Origin: Candidatus Saccharimonadales bacterium
GTDB lineage: Bacteria > Patescibacteriota > Saccharimonadia > Saccharimonadales > 2-12-FULL-41-12
Direction: 5' to 3'
Length of the DNA: 64,000 nt
Assembly: GCA_041906505.1 (NCBI GenBank)
Contig: JAYRJB010000004.1
Coordinates: forward strand, 6,045-70,044
Shown here: piece after piece, positions 55,075 to 64,000 of the stretch
Layout: each line of letters starts with the position of its first letter
How positions within the stretch are numbered: the stretch's first letter is position 1
The notes under the pieces: model-generated
The model's database searches: none
What the model was told of the DNA's origin: nothing
The model's input: the letters and a program-made list of their open reading frames with translations, nothing else
Program-made: the position numbers and the translations under genes

Positions 55075-56610
55075 TTATACACCAGGCGGGGTCATTGGAG
55101 GCGGAACCGGCGGGGGTGGCCCAATTGGTGCATTGTTGCGGCTATTCTCTTCCGAGCCGTCGTTTTTTTCCTCGTGACCAAGATCGAGGTTCACTGGGTT
55201 TGCGCCAAGCGCCTCTATCGGTTCTGGTTTATATTCATCAACTGCTTCGACCGCCCGCTGAACTGCATCGCGAGCATTTTCGGGAGCTGGGGGCGGCACA
55301 TAGGCATCTTCAATCGCTTGCAGTGTTGGTGGCTGTGACTCGACTGGCTCAGCACGGGTGTGCGGGCTATCGACTGCTTCCTCTATTTCTGAAAGGGTTT
55401 TATCTGATGCATCTGGCGTATTGAACTCAGAAATTATTGGCTCCTCTGGGGGGGTCACATCTTTGGGTTCGGGTAATGGATCACGGCTCAAAATTTGGTT
55501 GTTACTCGGAGTTGGAGCGCTTAAAGGATCAGTCGATCCAGTGTATTGCTGATACTCTGGAATGCTGTTGGCTGTTAATTGTCCACCAAGGCGAGGTGGC
55601 TCTGAGATGATACTCGGACTGTCATGATTCACCGCTTCGCGCTTGGAAACTTCGTCTGCTGTTTCTTCACTCGAAGTTGGTTCTTCGCTCAATGGCTGCA
55701 AAGCACCAGATCCGTCGACCTTAATGTTGTCATCGATGTTGTCGTCAAGAACCGGTGGATCATTACTATGGTCAATCTCAATGGTGCCATCTTCGTTGTT
55801 TTGAGCAGTCTCATCAGTGATTTCAGCCGGTTCTTGAGATGGAGCCGGGGGTTCTTCCAATTTGCTCGCGATAAGTTGCGTGCTTGCACCAGCTGACATA
55901 AGGGTGCCCGCCACGCTCATGGTATGTGGGTTAGATCGTTCATTGCGAAATCGGTCGGTTTCAGCAACAATTCCAGTGAGAAACGCTGTTGCAATTTGCG
56001 CATCTAATAGATCGGCGCCCAATTCTGTGACTAAGTCGCTAATCATTTCCGACAAGCTACTTGCCGAGCTATCGAGCCAGTTGATCGAACCAAGTTCTGA
56101 GCCTGGCAGAGTATTTACAGATATAACTGTGGCATCATGTAGTATTCGCCCGTGAGACACAATTGCTTTATCAAGATCATTTTTTTCTTTTACGCCGATT
56201 GCGACCACCGCATCTACATTAAAGTCGCCTTGACTAAAATCAAAGTCCTTTTCAGAAATACTGGTTTTGTACGGTGTAATAAAGATTTTTACGACGTTAT
56301 CTTCGACTTTATAACGTAGTTTATCAGCTTTGGCTTTATCAAGGGAAATAATAAAGTCGCGCAGACTATCAGTATTTTTTTCTAGGGTATTCTCGGGTTT
56401 AAGAAATTCAAGCGTCGACGGTGGCTCACCACTAAACACCGCCGTGGCATGCTTGTTCAATTTATTGAGTGCCAAAGTTAAGCCAATACATGCCGACAAT
56501 TGGTCGACCGAAGGGTTATTGCTGACGGTAACAAGCACGTTATTTGCAGAGCGAATTCGCTCAACTACTTGAGAAAATTGGTCTTGATTTGGGTTGTTAT
56601 TCGGCTGCAT
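55075..56610 (-). CDS. DHH/DHHA1-like (NrnA-like) protein with degenerate motifs and a Pro/Glu-rich C-terminal tail
   Basis: Start at MQPNNNPNQ. NrnA-like layout (LVTVSNNPSVDQLSACIGL, GIVAETDRFRN) and position just upstream of truB. No DHH or GGGH motif is present. The C-terminal ~250 aa are low complexity, ending PPPPVPPPMTPPGV. Confidence 0.6.
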   Translation of the reverse strand: MQPNNNPNQDQFSQVVERIRSANNVLVTVSNNPSVDQLSACIGLTLALNKLNKHATAVFSGEPPSTLEFLKPENTLEKNTDSLRDFIISLDKAKADKLRYKVEDNVVKIFITPYKTSISEKDFDFSQGDFNVDAVVAIGVKEKNDLDKAIVSHGRILHDATVISVNTLPGSELGSINWLDSSASSLSEMISDLVTELGADLLDAQIATAFLTGIVAETDRFRNERSNPHTMSVAGTLMSAGASTQLIASKLEEPPAPSQEPAEITDETAQNNEDGTIEIDHSNDPPVLDDNIDDNIKVDGSGALQPLSEEPTSSEETADEVSKREAVNHDSPSIISEPPRLGGQLTANSIPEYQQYTGSTDPLSAPTPSNNQILSRDPLPEPKDVTPPEEPIISEFNTPDASDKTLSEIEEAVDSPHTRAEPVESQPPTLQAIEDAYVPPPAPENARDAVQRAVEAVDEYKPEPIEALGANPVNLDLGHEEKNDGSEENSRNNAPIGPPPPVPPPMTPPGV

Positions 56611-56790
56611 TTTATTTGCATTTTTATTTTTGATGCTGAATCTGTGACTAACAGTATCATAAGCGGAAAGAAAAGTCCAGAGGTTTTTCATCGGTGATAC
56701 TTTACAGATAACACTTTTCAAGCTATAGTAGGACTTCGAATCATTCGATTAAGTGATAGTTAACAGAAGTAAGGAACCACCCTACGCTCT

Positions 56791-57147
56791 ATGCCAATAA
56801 TTAAGTCTGCAAAAAAGCGAGTTCGTACTGCCGAAAAGGCAGCTATTCGCAATGTAAAGACCAAGCGAAATGTAAAAACTGCAGTTAAAACATTTCAAAA
56901 AGCCGCAACTTCGGGAAGCAAACAAGCTAGCCAAGCTCTTCGTGATGCACAAAGTGCAATCGACATCGCCTATAAGAAGAATGTGTTGCACAAAAACAAG
57001 GCTGCACGGAAAAAAAGCCAGCTCGCAAAGGTCGCTAAAGCCAACGCAACGAACAAGACCGCCAAAGTTGTAACCAAAAAAACAGCCGCCAAAAAAACCG
57101 TTGCAAAGAAACCTGCAGCAAAAAAGAAGCCCGCTACAAAAAAATAG
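56791..57147 (+). CDS. rpsT: 30S ribosomal protein S20 with a Lys/Ala-rich C-terminal tail
   Basis: MPIIKSAKKRVRTAEKAAIRN. The last ~30 aa are AKK/PAAKK repeats. Confidence 0.9.
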   Translation: MPIIKSAKKRVRTAEKAAIRNVKTKRNVKTAVKTFQKAATSGSKQASQALRDAQSAIDIAYKKNVLHKNKAARKKSQLAKVAKANATNKTAKVVTKKTAAKKTVAKKPAAKKKPATKK

Positions 57148-57215
57148 CCTTTGTTTCTAACCCGTCACAAACCGTCCTCTTCATGCCGTTTGTGACACCT
57201 TAACACCTTAATGTA

Positions 57216-57260
57216 TGCGACTTTTTTACGCGATCGCGTATTTTTGTCGCATTATTTTGT
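57216..57260 (+). terminator. hairpin terminator candidate between convergent rpsT and holA
   Basis: TGCGAC-TTTTTT-ACGCGATCGCGT-ATTTTT-GTCGCA followed by TTATTTTGT. A second hairpin, GTCACAAAC-N15-GTTTGTGAC, lies at 57164-57196. Confidence 0.4.
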
Positions 57261-58175
57261 CAGAGATACAATAAAAAAGCGCAACGCATCATCAAAATTG
57301 ATGGTCTTCGTCTTGCTGTCTCGATCTATGTTCCGCAAGAGCGTAAGTGTGTCGCTGACTTTCTGAGCACCCATTTTTTGGGCAATAGACTGACTTTTTT
57401 GTACAACATACGGGTTTAAGCTGGCATCCTTTGCAATGCGTTCTGCCCGTAGTTCTTTTGGCGCACGTGCAACAAGCGACACAATATGCATTTGCCAGAC
57501 CAGCATTGCAAAAATAGCTTGTGGTTCAACTTTTTGAGCACGTTGCGACGCATATATTTCTATTGCACGATCTGTGCGACCCGAAAACGCATTATCAATA
57601 AGGTTAAAAATTGTAGAGCTGGGAGTTTCTTCAGTAAGATTCTCGATATTTTGCTTAGAAATTTCTGGATTGTATGAAACAAGCTTATCAGTTTCGAGCG
57701 CAACTTTTGTCTGATTTAAACCCACTCTCTCGACAAGGTAGCGGGCATTGGCTGGGCCTATTTTGCCGCCTTTCTTGGAAACAGTGCGTTGCACCCACGT
57801 GACTAGAGCAGCTTGGTCAAGTTCATTGTATTCACAAAAACCGGCTTGTTGCTTAAGGAGCTTATAGTAACTTCCCCGTTTATCAATTTTTGGTTCTACA
57901 ATTATTAAGTCTGTGGTGTCGTTGAGTTTGCGAAAGAGTATCTCTGCATCATCTGCTGCAGAAGGAACTAAACCCAGACCAGAAACAACAACCATTTTTT
58001 TGGTTGTTAAGAAAGGAAGTGATTCTGCCGCACCAACGACCTGCTCAAAACCCACTTCGGACGCATCAATTCTCTCGAGTCCAAGTTCGCCATGATCTTT
58101 CACAAACCCACCAACAATGTTGTCGAGCTCGGCTTTCAAACCAAACCAATTTGTCCCCGTAAGTACTTTAATCAT
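57252..58175 (-). CDS. holA: DNA polymerase III delta subunit
   Basis: 307 aa. Length and helical C-terminal pattern are typical of HolA, and it sits beside other replication and repair genes. Assignment from overall pattern only. Confidence 0.7.
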   Translation of the reverse strand: MIKVLTGTNWFGLKAELDNIVGGFVKDHGELGLERIDASEVGFEQVVGAAESLPFLTTKKMVVVSGLGLVPSAADDAEILFRKLNDTTDLIIVEPKIDKRGSYYKLLKQQAGFCEYNELDQAALVTWVQRTVSKKGGKIGPANARYLVERVGLNQTKVALETDKLVSYNPEISKQNIENLTEETPSSTIFNLIDNAFSGRTDRAIEIYASQRAQKVEPQAIFAMLVWQMHIVSLVARAPKELRAERIAKDASLNPYVVQKSQSIAQKMGAQKVSDTLTLLRNIDRDSKTKTINFDDALRFFIVSLTK

Positions 58176-59051
58176 CTAGTGTTCAGTTCCTTTTTGGCAG
58201 CTAGGACAAACATGTGTACCGCGACCCGCGACCCGAATTTTTTCGATCGTTGTGCCGCATCTTGGACATGGCAAATGCTCGCGGCGAAAGACCCTGGCAA
58301 AGTTCATGTAACTTCCTTTTTTACCTTCTGCATTTACATAATTCCTATCCGTCGAGCCGCCCTTTTTTATTGCCAAACGAAGCACAAAAAGCAGTTCTTT
58401 ATATAATAGCTCTAATTGAGCGTCGGTTACATCTCTTACAAGAATGCTCGGGTGAATTTTTGCCGCCCAAAGACTCTCGTCAGCATAAATATTACCCACG
58501 CCAGCTAGTATTGATTGATCGAGTAACACCGACTTAATATTACTATTTTTGCGCCTTTTGACTCGATTCACAAAAACGCTTGCGGTGAACGCCGCCGAAA
58601 GTGGTTCTGGGCCAAGCCTTACAAAAAAATCTAGATTTTCAACCTCCCCAGTTGGCACGAGGCGCACCCAGCCAAATTTTCGTTGGTCATTGAAAAATAG
58701 TTTGCCTTTATCGAGCACAAAAATTACTCGTGTTGACGCATCTGGCAAATTTCCTATCAATGAATTAGTTGGATGTCCTGCCCCAAATCGTTTATTTTCT
58801 CCTATGTACACAAGCTGGCCAGTCATCTTTAGGTGAATTACTAGCGAATAGTGGCTGTCAAGATCGACAATAATTACTTTGGCTCGTCGTCGAACGTTTG
58901 TAATCTTCGATCCAATTAAGAAAGTCTTTACATCCGCATTGGTATTTGGAAATGATTTTGGCCAATCATGGGTGACTTTCGCGATTTGATGCCCCACCAA
59001 TACATCAAGGAGTCCACGACGAACAGTCTCAACTTCTGGTAGCTCCGGCAT
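58176..59051 (-). CDS. mutM: formamidopyrimidine-DNA glycosylase
   Basis: Start at MPELPEVETVRRGL. H2TH region and C-terminal zinc finger CPRCGTTIEKIRVAGRGTHVCPSCQ. Confidence 0.9.
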   Translation of the reverse strand: MPELPEVETVRRGLLDVLVGHQIAKVTHDWPKSFPNTNADVKTFLIGSKITNVRRRAKVIIVDLDSHYSLVIHLKMTGQLVYIGENKRFGAGHPTNSLIGNLPDASTRVIFVLDKGKLFFNDQRKFGWVRLVPTGEVENLDFFVRLGPEPLSAAFTASVFVNRVKRRKNSNIKSVLLDQSILAGVGNIYADESLWAAKIHPSILVRDVTDAQLELLYKELLFVLRLAIKKGGSTDRNYVNAEGKKGSYMNFARVFRREHLPCPRCGTTIEKIRVAGRGTHVCPSCQKGTEH

Positions 59052-59075
59052 GATAAGTATTATAAGGTAGATAGT

Positions 59076-59315
59076 ATGAGTAGCAGCATTCACGACATAT
59101 TATCGACAAAAGACTTTTCTGAACCTCCCGAACTTCAAGAAATAAAAACCTTTGTCGAAAGCGCGGTCGGAATAACTCCACTAATATCCGTCACCACAAA
59201 CTCGTTCATCGTCAGTCTGCCAAATGGCTCGGCCATAGGAGCTCTAAGGACACAGATAAATATCCTTCAAAACCAACTCAAAACCAACAAGCGCATCATA
59301 CTGCGCATCCGCTAA
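59076..59315 (+). CDS. small hypothetical protein, possibly DUF721/DciA-like
   Basis: 79 aa. The pattern LQEIKTFVESAVGITPLISVTTNSFIVSLPNGSAIGALRTQINILQNQL resembles DUF721, but this is a weak call. Confidence 0.35.
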   Translation: MSSSIHDILSTKDFSEPPELQEIKTFVESAVGITPLISVTTNSFIVSLPNGSAIGALRTQINILQNQLKTNKRIILRIR

Positions 59316-59393
59316 ATAAAATCATTACAGATAGGAATCCAAGTCCGTTTTAGGTTTTTGCTTCGAGTTGATAGGAGAAATTACTTTCTCTCA

Positions 59394-62048
59394 TCATAGT
59401 TCGCCCCAGTTTTTGCCTATACTCGTATCGACTGTCAGCTTAACGGGAAGTCTATATACGCCTTCCATGATTTCTTTAAGGTTTCGAGCAATTTCATCGG
59501 CTTCATGTTCTGGACACTCCACCAAAATTGAATCATGGATTTGAAGCAGTTGGTGCGCGTCCTCTTGAGTATTCAGATATTCTTGCACTCGAATCATCGC
59601 CAGTTTCATTAAGTCGGCTTCTGTACCTTGAATTGGCATATTGATCGCAGCTCGTTCGGCGCCCGCGCGAACCATATAATTCGACGAGTTTATGTCCGGC
59701 ATGGGCCGCCTTCTGCCGAGCAATGTCTCGACATAGCCTTGTTCGTGAGCCATCTTTTTAAGATGATTCATGTAGTCAAGAAGGGGTTTTCTTAGCTCAA
59801 AATACTTATCAATAAAATCTTTGGCAGCAACAAAGGTCATGCCGGTTGCAGCACTTAGGCCGTGTGGGCTCATGCCATATAAAATGCCAAAATTGATAAC
59901 TTTTGCATCTCTTCGCATAGTCTTTGTAACGTCTTCGGGCTCGCGGCCATACACCTGTGCAGCGGTTGCTGTATGCACGTCAATATCTCGGTTAAACATA
60001 TCTACTAATTCTTTATCTTCGGCCAGCACCGCAGCCAAGCGCAGCTCGAACTGACTATAATCGGCACCAACAAATACCTTGCCTGGACCCGCAATAAACG
60101 CAGTTCGTATATGGTTACCTAGTTCGGTGCGAACCGGAATATTTTGCAGATTTGGATCGTTAGAGCTCAGCCTACCCGTTTGAGCAATTGTAAGGCTGTA
60201 TGTCGTATGAACACGCCCATCTTTATCCACTTGTTTTGGGAGAGTTTCGACGTAAGTACTCATTAATTTTGTCACTTCGCGATACTGACTAATTAGCTCG
60301 ATGATAGGGTGTTGAGAACGTAACTTGTCCAATTCGCTCGCCGCAGTAGAGTAGCCGGTTTTACCTTTCTTTATGCCTTGTGTCGACAACTTAAGTTTTT
60401 CAAACAATACCACCGACAGTTGTGATGGACTCGCAATATTAAATTCTTGGTCAGCAAACCCATAGATCTGTTGCTCAAGATCGCTTATTGTGTCGCGCAG
60501 TTCCTGTTCAAAGCGTGCTAAGTATTTGCTATCAAGCAAGATACCGCGATATTCCATCTCTGCAAGTATTGGAATAACTGGCCACTCTACCGTCTTAGCA
60601 AGATCGTGTAGCTTTGGTATCTCGCGTAATTTTTCCGACTGTGTTCTATAAAGAGAGCGAATTATTGCAATAATTTGCGGAAGTTGCTGCACATACTCTT
60701 CGGGTGGCAGATGATCAAGCCCCGGCCCTTCATAGTCAAGATCTATCTGTGCAATTTCAGTAAGTGACTGTTCTCTGCGAAGACTATCAAGCAGAAATCC
60801 ACCCACCAAAATGTCGTGTCCAACACCTTGAAAACCAAGTCCCAACGAATACACAACTTGAATATCGGACTTTACATCATATCCGATTTTTTTTATGGTA
60901 CCCTCAGCAAAAATCTTTCCCAAGACAGCTGTTAGATTTTTGGGTTCCAGACTCATAAGATCAAACACATACACTTTCGTTTCGTCTGGGCTCAGCGCAA
61001 GATACATTGAACCCATGCCGTGTTTTCCTGTTGCGTAGCTGTGAAGCACATACTCTTCTGCGTCAAGTTTGAGCGATGACAGTTTGCTGTCATCATCAAT
61101 AAGCTCTAGTGCCGGCAGCATGACATCAGAATTGTGACTTGGATAATCGACACGATCTACTGAAACGCTCATGACCTCTGGAAGTTGTCGTGCAAGCGAC
61201 CTAAACTCGAGTTTTTTGAGCAACGACAAAATCTTTTCTGGATCAACGCGACGCCCATCAACCTCTTTAAGATTCAGCTTTATTGGCGCATTGGTCCATA
61301 TTTTTGCGAGCTCTTTACTCATATATGCAGATTCTTTGCCGTCAATCAGCTTCTGTTTTGCGCTACCAGAAATAAGTTCAATATTCTCGTACACACCGTC
61401 CAGCGTCTTATAGTCTTGAAGCAACTTGATTGCTGTTTTTTCTCCAACTCCAGGAACTCCAGGAATGTTATCCGAACTGTCGCCCTTTAGTGCCTTAAGA
61501 TCAAGGAATTGTTCTGGAACCAATCCATACTTTTCCGTAAAGCTCTCTGGATGATACAGTTCAATATTGCTCAATCCCTTTTTTAGCGCGTAGACATGCG
61601 TCAGCGGACCAACACACTGAAGCGCATCAAGATCTGATGTTACCAGCTGCACCTCAATATCCTTTTTATTTGCTTGGATCGCTAAAGCCCCCATAATGTC
61701 GTCAGCCTCGTAGTCATCCAACTCATACAGTGGCCAACCGAAAGCCTCCAGCAACTCATGAAGAATAGGAATTTGCTCATAAAAGTCGGGGGGTGGTGGC
61801 TTACGACCAGCTTTATACTCTGGATAGATAGCCAGCCGGCTCCTAATATTTGTTTTTGGCTTGTCCCATGCAACGCACACATAATCGGGCTTGAGACGCT
61901 TAATCACCTCCAGTGCCATCACCGCAAATCCAAAAACCCCGCCCGTTGGCGTGCCATCTTTGGTGCTAAGGTTTGGCATCGCGTAATAACCACGATAAAA
62001 CACGCTTTTCCCATCAATAATCGCAAACTTCTTGCGCACCTCCGCCAT
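59394..62048 (-). CDS. polA: DNA polymerase I
   Basis: 884 aa. 5' nuclease domain (IIDGKSVFYRGYYA, GDSSDNIPGVPGVGEKTA). Polymerase motifs A (DYSQFELRLAA), B (RRDAKVINFGILYG) and C (QIHDSI). Confidence 0.93.
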   Translation of the reverse strand: MAEVRKKFAIIDGKSVFYRGYYAMPNLSTKDGTPTGGVFGFAVMALEVIKRLKPDYVCVAWDKPKTNIRSRLAIYPEYKAGRKPPPPDFYEQIPILHELLEAFGWPLYELDDYEADDIMGALAIQANKKDIEVQLVTSDLDALQCVGPLTHVYALKKGLSNIELYHPESFTEKYGLVPEQFLDLKALKGDSSDNIPGVPGVGEKTAIKLLQDYKTLDGVYENIELISGSAKQKLIDGKESAYMSKELAKIWTNAPIKLNLKEVDGRRVDPEKILSLLKKLEFRSLARQLPEVMSVSVDRVDYPSHNSDVMLPALELIDDDSKLSSLKLDAEEYVLHSYATGKHGMGSMYLALSPDETKVYVFDLMSLEPKNLTAVLGKIFAEGTIKKIGYDVKSDIQVVYSLGLGFQGVGHDILVGGFLLDSLRREQSLTEIAQIDLDYEGPGLDHLPPEEYVQQLPQIIAIIRSLYRTQSEKLREIPKLHDLAKTVEWPVIPILAEMEYRGILLDSKYLARFEQELRDTISDLEQQIYGFADQEFNIASPSQLSVVLFEKLKLSTQGIKKGKTGYSTAASELDKLRSQHPIIELISQYREVTKLMSTYVETLPKQVDKDGRVHTTYSLTIAQTGRLSSNDPNLQNIPVRTELGNHIRTAFIAGPGKVFVGADYSQFELRLAAVLAEDKELVDMFNRDIDVHTATAAQVYGREPEDVTKTMRRDAKVINFGILYGMSPHGLSAATGMTFVAAKDFIDKYFELRKPLLDYMNHLKKMAHEQGYVETLLGRRRPMPDINSSNYMVRAGAERAAINMPIQGTEADLMKLAMIRVQEYLNTQEDAHQLLQIHDSILVECPEHEADEIARNLKEIMEGVYRLPVKLTVDTSIGKNWGEL

Positions 62049-62121
62049 AGAGGTAGTATAAACCTTTTTGGATCATTAACCACAAGAGTATCATCTCTGT
62101 TTTTGTTACAATAGCCATAGA

Positions 62122-62685
62122 ATGAATCAAAATTATGTGATTGCGCTCGTCGGCATGCCGGGAGCTGGAAAAAGCGTATGTGTAGAATACTTAGAGTCCC
62201 ATAAGAAATGGCCCTCGGTATATTTTGGTGGCGTTACGCTTGATGAGCTAAAAGATAGAAGAATGGAAATTAATCCAGATAATGAGCAGTTCATCCGAGA
62301 AGAGCTTAGAAAAAAATATGGAACGGGCATATACGCCGAACGAATAATAAACAAGGTGGAAAAATTATTTGATCAAGGAAAAAAGGTTGTAGTCGCAGAT
62401 GGTTTATATAGCTGGACCGAATACAAAATATTTAAAGAAGTCTACGGAGATAGGGCTCTGATAATTGCAATCACGGCTCCGAGGCAACTGCGTCATCAAC
62501 GATTGTCAACACGAAAAACCAGACCACTCACTGCCGAGGAAGTAACAAAAAGAGACTACGCTGAAATTGAGAATATCGAGAAGGGCGGGCCCATCGCTAA
62601 CGCCGACTACACAATCGTAAATGACAAGGACAAGGTTGACCTCGTCAAGAAACTTGAAAAAATCATACACGCCGCAGGGCTATAG
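62122..62685 (+). CDS. P-loop nucleotide kinase-like protein (dephospho-CoA-kinase-like/UPF0200-like)
   Basis: 187 aa. Walker A GMPGAGKS, and size and layout of small nucleotide kinases. Confidence 0.55.
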   Translation: MNQNYVIALVGMPGAGKSVCVEYLESHKKWPSVYFGGVTLDELKDRRMEINPDNEQFIREELRKKYGTGIYAERIINKVEKLFDQGKKVVVADGLYSWTEYKIFKEVYGDRALIIAITAPRQLRHQRLSTRKTRPLTAEEVTKRDYAEIENIEKGGPIANADYTIVNDKDKVDLVKKLEKIIHAAGL

Positions 62686-62699
62686 ACTCTTCCCCTTTA

Positions 62700-63797
62700 C
62701 TACTTTATATAGTCCTGGAGCTTTTTTGCGTCTTTGTGTTTTCGCAGCTTTGCCAACGCTTTGGCTTCGATTTGTCGAATTCTTTCCCGCGTGACACTAA
62801 ATTCTTGTCCAACTTCTTCGAGAGTGTGTGATTTTCCGTCTTCTAGCCCAAAACGAAGTTTTAGTATTTTTTGTTCACGTTCTGTCAGCCCAGAAAGCAT
62901 ATCTGTTACGTGCTCTTTGAGAAGCTGTCCCGTTGCGGACTCTTCGGGGCTCACAGTGTCCTCATCTTCAATAAAATCACCGAGCACACTATCTTCTTCG
63001 TCATCACGCACACTTGCATCAAGCGAATGAATATCTTGTTTAATCTTCATAATATGCTCAACTTTTTCGACATCCATCTCCATAGCCTTGGCGATTTCCT
63101 CATTAGATGGTTCTCGATTAAGCTCTTGGGTCAAACGTCTTTGGGTTCGAAGTAGTTTATTAATTGTTTCGAACATATGCACCGGTATACGTATCACTCG
63201 AGCTTGATCAGCAATGGCGCGAGTAATAGCTTGACGAATCCACCATGTTGCATAGGTTGAAAACTTAAAACCCTTATCTGGATCAAACTTTTCTACCGCG
63301 CGAAGAAGCCCAGTGTTTCCTTCTTGAATAAGATCAAGTAAGTCGAGTCCACGACCAACATATCTCTTGGCAATGCTCACAACCAGACGCATATTTGCCT
63401 CTGCCATTTTATCCTTTGCGTCTTTGTCGCCGGCGACGACTCGTTTTGCAAGCGCGAGCTCTTCGTCGGCTTTGAGTAGTGGGATTTTGCCAATCTCCCG
63501 AAGATAAAGTCGCACAGAGTCATCCGCAATATCGTTCATGTAATCTTTGTCTTCTAAAACAACTTCTTCATCGCCTTCGCCCGCCCAGACATCACTTGTG
63601 CCGGCGTCACCAGCTCCAGATATCTGAATACTGGCTTCAGCAAGCTCGGTATACAGTGCATCAAGTACTTCGGCGTTCTCTGGTGTCTCCGGAATTCCAG
63701 CAAAGATCGCTTCTTGATCTATTTTGCCGTCTTTCTTTGCTTGGGCGAACAACGCCTTTTTTATTTCAATAATTGCGTCTTTTGGGTCTTCAGCCAT
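62700..63797 (-). CDS. rpoD: primary RNA polymerase sigma factor
   Basis: Regions 1.2-4 are present: [60 protein letters not shown]. Confidence 0.93.
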   Translation of the reverse strand: MAEDPKDAIIEIKKALFAQAKKDGKIDQEAIFAGIPETPENAEVLDALYTELAEASIQISGAGDAGTSDVWAGEGDEEVVLEDKDYMNDIADDSVRLYLREIGKIPLLKADEELALAKRVVAGDKDAKDKMAEANMRLVVSIAKRYVGRGLDLLDLIQEGNTGLLRAVEKFDPDKGFKFSTYATWWIRQAITRAIADQARVIRIPVHMFETINKLLRTQRRLTQELNREPSNEEIAKAMEMDVEKVEHIMKIKQDIHSLDASVRDDEEDSVLGDFIEDEDTVSPEESATGQLLKEHVTDMLSGLTEREQKILKLRFGLEDGKSHTLEEVGQEFSVTRERIRQIEAKALAKLRKHKDAKKLQDYIK

Positions 63798-64000
63798 TCT
63801 TTTCCTTCACTCTGTTTAATAATTGATCTAGCTCTCTTGCGCGCTCAAGCAAGGCCGTCGCATCTTTCCCGGTTGCTTGCTCGAGCTCGCTCGATATTTT
63901 TGTTTTTTGTTCTTTTACGAAATGATCGATTACTTTGGCTCGGAGTCGCGCCGCTTCATATTGAAGCTCTAGCGTATCGACATTGCCATATAGTTCTTCA
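63790..64000 (-). CDS. dnaG: 3' end of an upstream gene, probably DNA primase
   Basis: An open frame from the window edge reads ...[27 protein letters not shown]...[10 protein letters not shown]. Its stop overlaps the rpoD start by 8 nt. The call rests on dnaG-rpoD synteny only. Confidence 0.4.
   Translation of the reverse strand, partial: EELYGNVDTLELQYEAARLRAKVIDHFVKEQKTKISSELEQATGKDATALLERARELDQLLNRVKEKNG

Noticed and set aside
57164-57251. Nested palindromes between rpsT and holA as a possible novel element
   Set aside because: They sit between convergent genes, and the second hairpin is followed by a T-run. Ordinary transcription terminators are the simplest explanation.
1-64000. Alternative genetic code (UGA recoding, as in some CPR lineages)
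   Set aside because: Long ORFs up to 1584 aa are intact under the standard code. TGA also serves as a functional stop in several ATGA-type overlaps (35882-35885, 33974-33977, 18564-18567).

Overview
This 64-kb window is gene-dense, bacterial, mostly minus-strand and reads cleanly under the standard code. Its content suggests a small-genome Patescibacteria/CPR organism, possibly Saccharibacteria-like; this is inference from gene content only, with no search run. About 34-64 kb is housekeeping: ychF, an ABC-2 exporter, tlyA, efp, rpsR-ssb-rpsF, ftsK, RNase J, udg, pnp, rpsO, purA, guaB, truB, a DHH-like protein, rpsT, holA, fpg, polA, rpoD and a dnaG 3' end. About 13-32 kb is a large secretin-less type IV pilus supercluster. 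It holds pilM-N-O, pilB, pilT, pilC, pilA with its own promoter and terminator, pilD, four pilin-like or PilX-like genes and an embedded lnt-like gene. It is headed by a 1216-aa secreted protein translationally coupled to a small membrane protein. The first 10 kb is the least conventional part and my best candidate for an undescribed system. It encodes a 1584-aa Kelch/CBM-like/lectin-like surface protein, a PKD-like membrane protein, a membrane-anchored Ig/chaperone-like protein and two paralogous Thr/Ser-rich secreted proteins that end in a GTYT-type terminal strand. One of these two is bracketed by its own promoter and terminator, and a PrsA-like foldase sits just upstream. Other oddities are two copies of a 38-bp palindrome flanking a small wHTH/Cas2-fold gene next to the only Xer recombinase, and a 19-nt duplicate of the tRNA-Arg(CCU) 3' end. 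There is also a RelE/RelB pair plus an orphan Phd-like antitoxin coupled to ychF. No rRNA, CRISPR array, transposase or prophage was seen.
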